64,000 nucleotides of DNA. Origin: Octopus sinensis (lineage: Eukaryota). Position numbers and translations under genes: made by a program. Under the pieces are notes generated by a model. It was not told the origin of the DNA. It made no database searches and worked only from the letters and a program-made list of their open reading frames with translations. The DNA is taken from NCBI RefSeq assembly GCF_006345805.1, contig NC_043014.1, positions 11,222,001-11,286,000 on the forward strand, written 5' to 3'. Below, piece after piece: positions 61,360-64,000 of the stretch (the stretch's first letter is position 1; every line of letters begins with the position of its first letter).

Positions 61360-61610
61360 ATATATTATATATATATATATGTATGTGTTTGTGTGTCTGT
61401 GTTTGTCCCCCTGGCATTGCTTGACAACCGATGCTGGTGTGTTTACGTCCCCGTCACTTAGCGGTACGGCAAAAGAGACCGATAGAATAAGTACTGGACT
61501 TACAAAGAATAAGTCCCGGGGGGTCGATTTGCTCGACTAAAGGCGGTGCTCCAGCATGGCCGCAGTCAAATGACTGAAACAAGTAGAAGAGTAAAGAGTA
61601 AAAAGAGTAG
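61162..61610 (+). mobile_element. Family A SINE, full length
   Basis: Close to consensus. Confidence 0.93.
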
Positions 61611-61619
61611 CAAAGAATG

Positions 61620-62232
61620 GTGAGTGCACGTAATCTCCACTTGTTGAGCGTGGGTATTGTCTTTCGAGTCAACAAACCTGACGCAGTGGTTCACCGTTCT
61701 ACGCTCAAAATTTTAAACCATTAATTTCAGGAATGTGAGAGTACGCCCTCCAGAAATCGCTGAAAATTGTGGTTCCTAGAAGAATCGATTGACGTATGAA
61801 TTCCTCCGGTGTGTCACGATTTCGACATGGCACCGCATACAGAAAAACCCTGTTTCGTCTCGCGATACATTCCTCCGAAAATGCACTGCTCAAGTAGGAC
61901 TCTTCCTCGGTTGTACTTACAACCGGAGAAGACTATTTCGTCGATCCCAGCAATCTTTCCAGGACCACCAAGTTGAATTTGATGACGGAGCAAGTCCTCC
62001 GCACATGCTCCCCGCAACATAGCTGTTATAATCAACAGCTATAGGCGAAGGAGTGGCTGTGTGGTAAGTAGCTTGCTTACCAACGACATGGTTCCAGGTT
62101 CATTCCCACTGCGTGACACCTTGGGCAAGTGTCTTCTACTATAGCCTCGGGCCGACCAAAGCCTTGTGAGCGGATTTGGTAGACGGAAACTGAAAGAAAC
62201 CCGTCCAATATATGTATATGTATATGTATATG

Positions 62233-62265
<33 letters not shown>

Positions 62266-62740
62266 TTGTATCTGTGTTTGTCCCCGCAACATCGCTTGAC
62301 AACCGATGCTGGTGTGTTTACGTCCCCGTAACTTAGCGGTTCGGCAAAAGAGACCGATAGAATAAGTACTAGGCTTACGGAGAATAAGTCCTGAGGTCGA
62401 TTTGCTCGACTAAAGGCGGTGCTCCAACATGGCCACAGTCAAATGACTGAAACAAGTAAAAGAGTAAAAGAGAAATAAAAGAGCTGTGCAATGGTTCATC
62501 CCCAGCTCTTCAACACAGAACCGGACTGAAGTCAATTCCTTAACCCATGAGAAATGGAAAAGCACTACAGTCCTGAGAAGAAGGGTGCCACATTCAAACC
62601 ATGTTTCTTTCCACACTGACACAACCTCCATGCGTCCTTGGCGCGAGCATCACCAATACATATTCCCACCACCTTTTCTTGTCCTCTTAAAATACTTTGT
62701 TTAGCAAAATTTTCTTTTAGGTATAACAACCTTTTCTTGC
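61620..62740 (-). pseudogene. Merlin (IS1016/ISXO2-like) transposase remnant split by a SINE
   Basis: VSVWKETWFECGTLLLRTVVLF...ELGMNHCTA | VDYNS...QIQLGGPGKIAGIDE...KYNRGRVLLEQCIFGG / AVPCRNRDT...ILLGTTIFSDFWRAY; frameshifts. Confidence 0.9.
62041..62480 (+). mobile_element. Family A SINE inside the Merlin ORF
   Basis: Complete copy; short agct duplication at the junctions. Confidence 0.93.
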
Positions 62741-63239
62741 AAGTATGAAACCGCCGCCTCCTCTGCTGCGTGATTAAAGGCCTATTTGGCTGCTATTTTT
62801 AGCACATATGACAGCTACCACAATGACTGGAATATCTTCGTCAACATGTGCTTTCTCGCAGACGAAAGAGTTCTCATGTTTGGCTCGTTACAATGGAAAC
62901 AATCATTCGCTAAAATTACCCAAAATTTTCAACCCTTTGATAGCTAATAACTATTTATTGATTTATGGCGAAAATGATTTCCATGACATTGATTAGCGTA
63001 TAAAAGTATATCATTACACTAAATATGAAATCAATTCGAACAGAAATTACAGAAACTGAAAATTGGTAGCCAAACGCTGTCGGGGTAGATAAAATAAGTA
63101 CCAGCGGATCACTAGGGTCGATGTAATTAACTCACCCTCTTTCACGAACTTGTTGACCTTGCGCCAACATTTGAAATCAATATGTGTCTGCTTTTAAATT
63201 GGTAAGTGAAAGCGTGTGATGAAACAGTTACTATGTTAA

Positions 63240-63815
63240 GGCGGTGAGCTGGCAGAAACGTTAGCAAGCCGGGCGAAATGCTTAGCGGTATTTCGTCTGC
63301 CGCTACGTTCTGAGTTCAAATCCCGCCGCGGTCGACTTTGCCTTTCATCCTTTCGGGGTCGATTAAATAAGTACCAGTTACGCACTGGGGTCGATATAAT
63401 CGACTTAATCCGTTTGTCTTTCCTTGTTCGTCCTCTCTGTGTTTAGCCCCTTATGGGTAATAAAAAATAGGTATTTCGTCTGCCGCTACATTCTGAGTTC
63501 AAATTCCACCGAGGTCCTTTCGGGGTCGATTAAATAAGTACCAGTTACGCACTGGGGTCGATATAATCGACTTAATCCATCTGTCTGTCCTTGTTTGTCG
63601 CCTCTGTGTTTAGCCCCTTGTGGGTAGTAAAGAAATAGGTATTTCGGCTGCCGCTACGTTCTGAGTTCAAATTACGCCGCGGTCGACTTTGCCTTTCATC
63701 CTTTCGGGGTCGATTAAGTAAGAACCAGTTACGCACTGGCGTCGATACAATCGACTTAATCCATTTGTCTGTCCTTTTTTGTCACCTGTGTGTGTAGCCC
63801 CTTGTGGGCAGTAAA
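63240..63815 (+). mobile_element. Family B SINE trimer
   Basis: Head 63240-63287; units start gtatttc at 63288, 63471, 63639 and end aatag. Confidence 0.92.
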
Positions 63816-64000
63816 GACAGAAGAAACAGTTAATATGTTGCTCTATCAATCACAAGACAGTGGTTTCGATTCATTGACAGGGTGTTGCGGTTTTTCTTTT
63901 CTTTCTTTTTTTCGTTTTTTTTTTTTTTTGAACGAAACACCTCATTCCAAGTTGCTCCAGTTCAGCTGTAAATGAATAACCATGCCGCAGGCCCACTTCT

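Noticed and set aside
61620-62035. Bacterial IS1595 contamination or recent bacterial transfer
   Set aside because: The ORF is frameshifted, split by an octopus-type SINE and fits the eukaryotic Merlin form

Overview
Eukaryotic, AT-rich, repeat-saturated DNA, almost certainly from an octopus genome (cephalopod-type COI NUMT, octopus-type SINEs). It reads as intronic/intergenic sequence. The only convincing host-type coding block is a ~300-codon open frame on the minus strand at the left edge (about 1035 to <1), with zinc-knuckle-like C/H motifs. The rest is nested mobile DNA: several tRNA-derived SINE families, RTE/CR1/Hero/R4-type LINE fragments, Penelope-like fragments, Helitrons, TTAA piggyBac-type MITEs, decayed Tigger and maT transposases, a deleted mariner, a Merlin transposase and a Merlin-type MITE. 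Main points for follow-up: (1) a SINE joining a Pol III tRNA-like head to a structurally intact minimal hammerhead ribozyme, arranged as a head-to-head palindrome, plus hammerhead relics in other families; (2) a 3.1-kb 66-bp satellite with higher-order structure grown inside an RTE 3' UTR; (3) a COI NUMT that records three nested insertion events; (4) SINE multimers whose repeat unit runs exactly GT...AG. All calls were made by eye without searches. Family names come from recalled motifs and boundaries are approximate unless a TSD/TIR is quoted.
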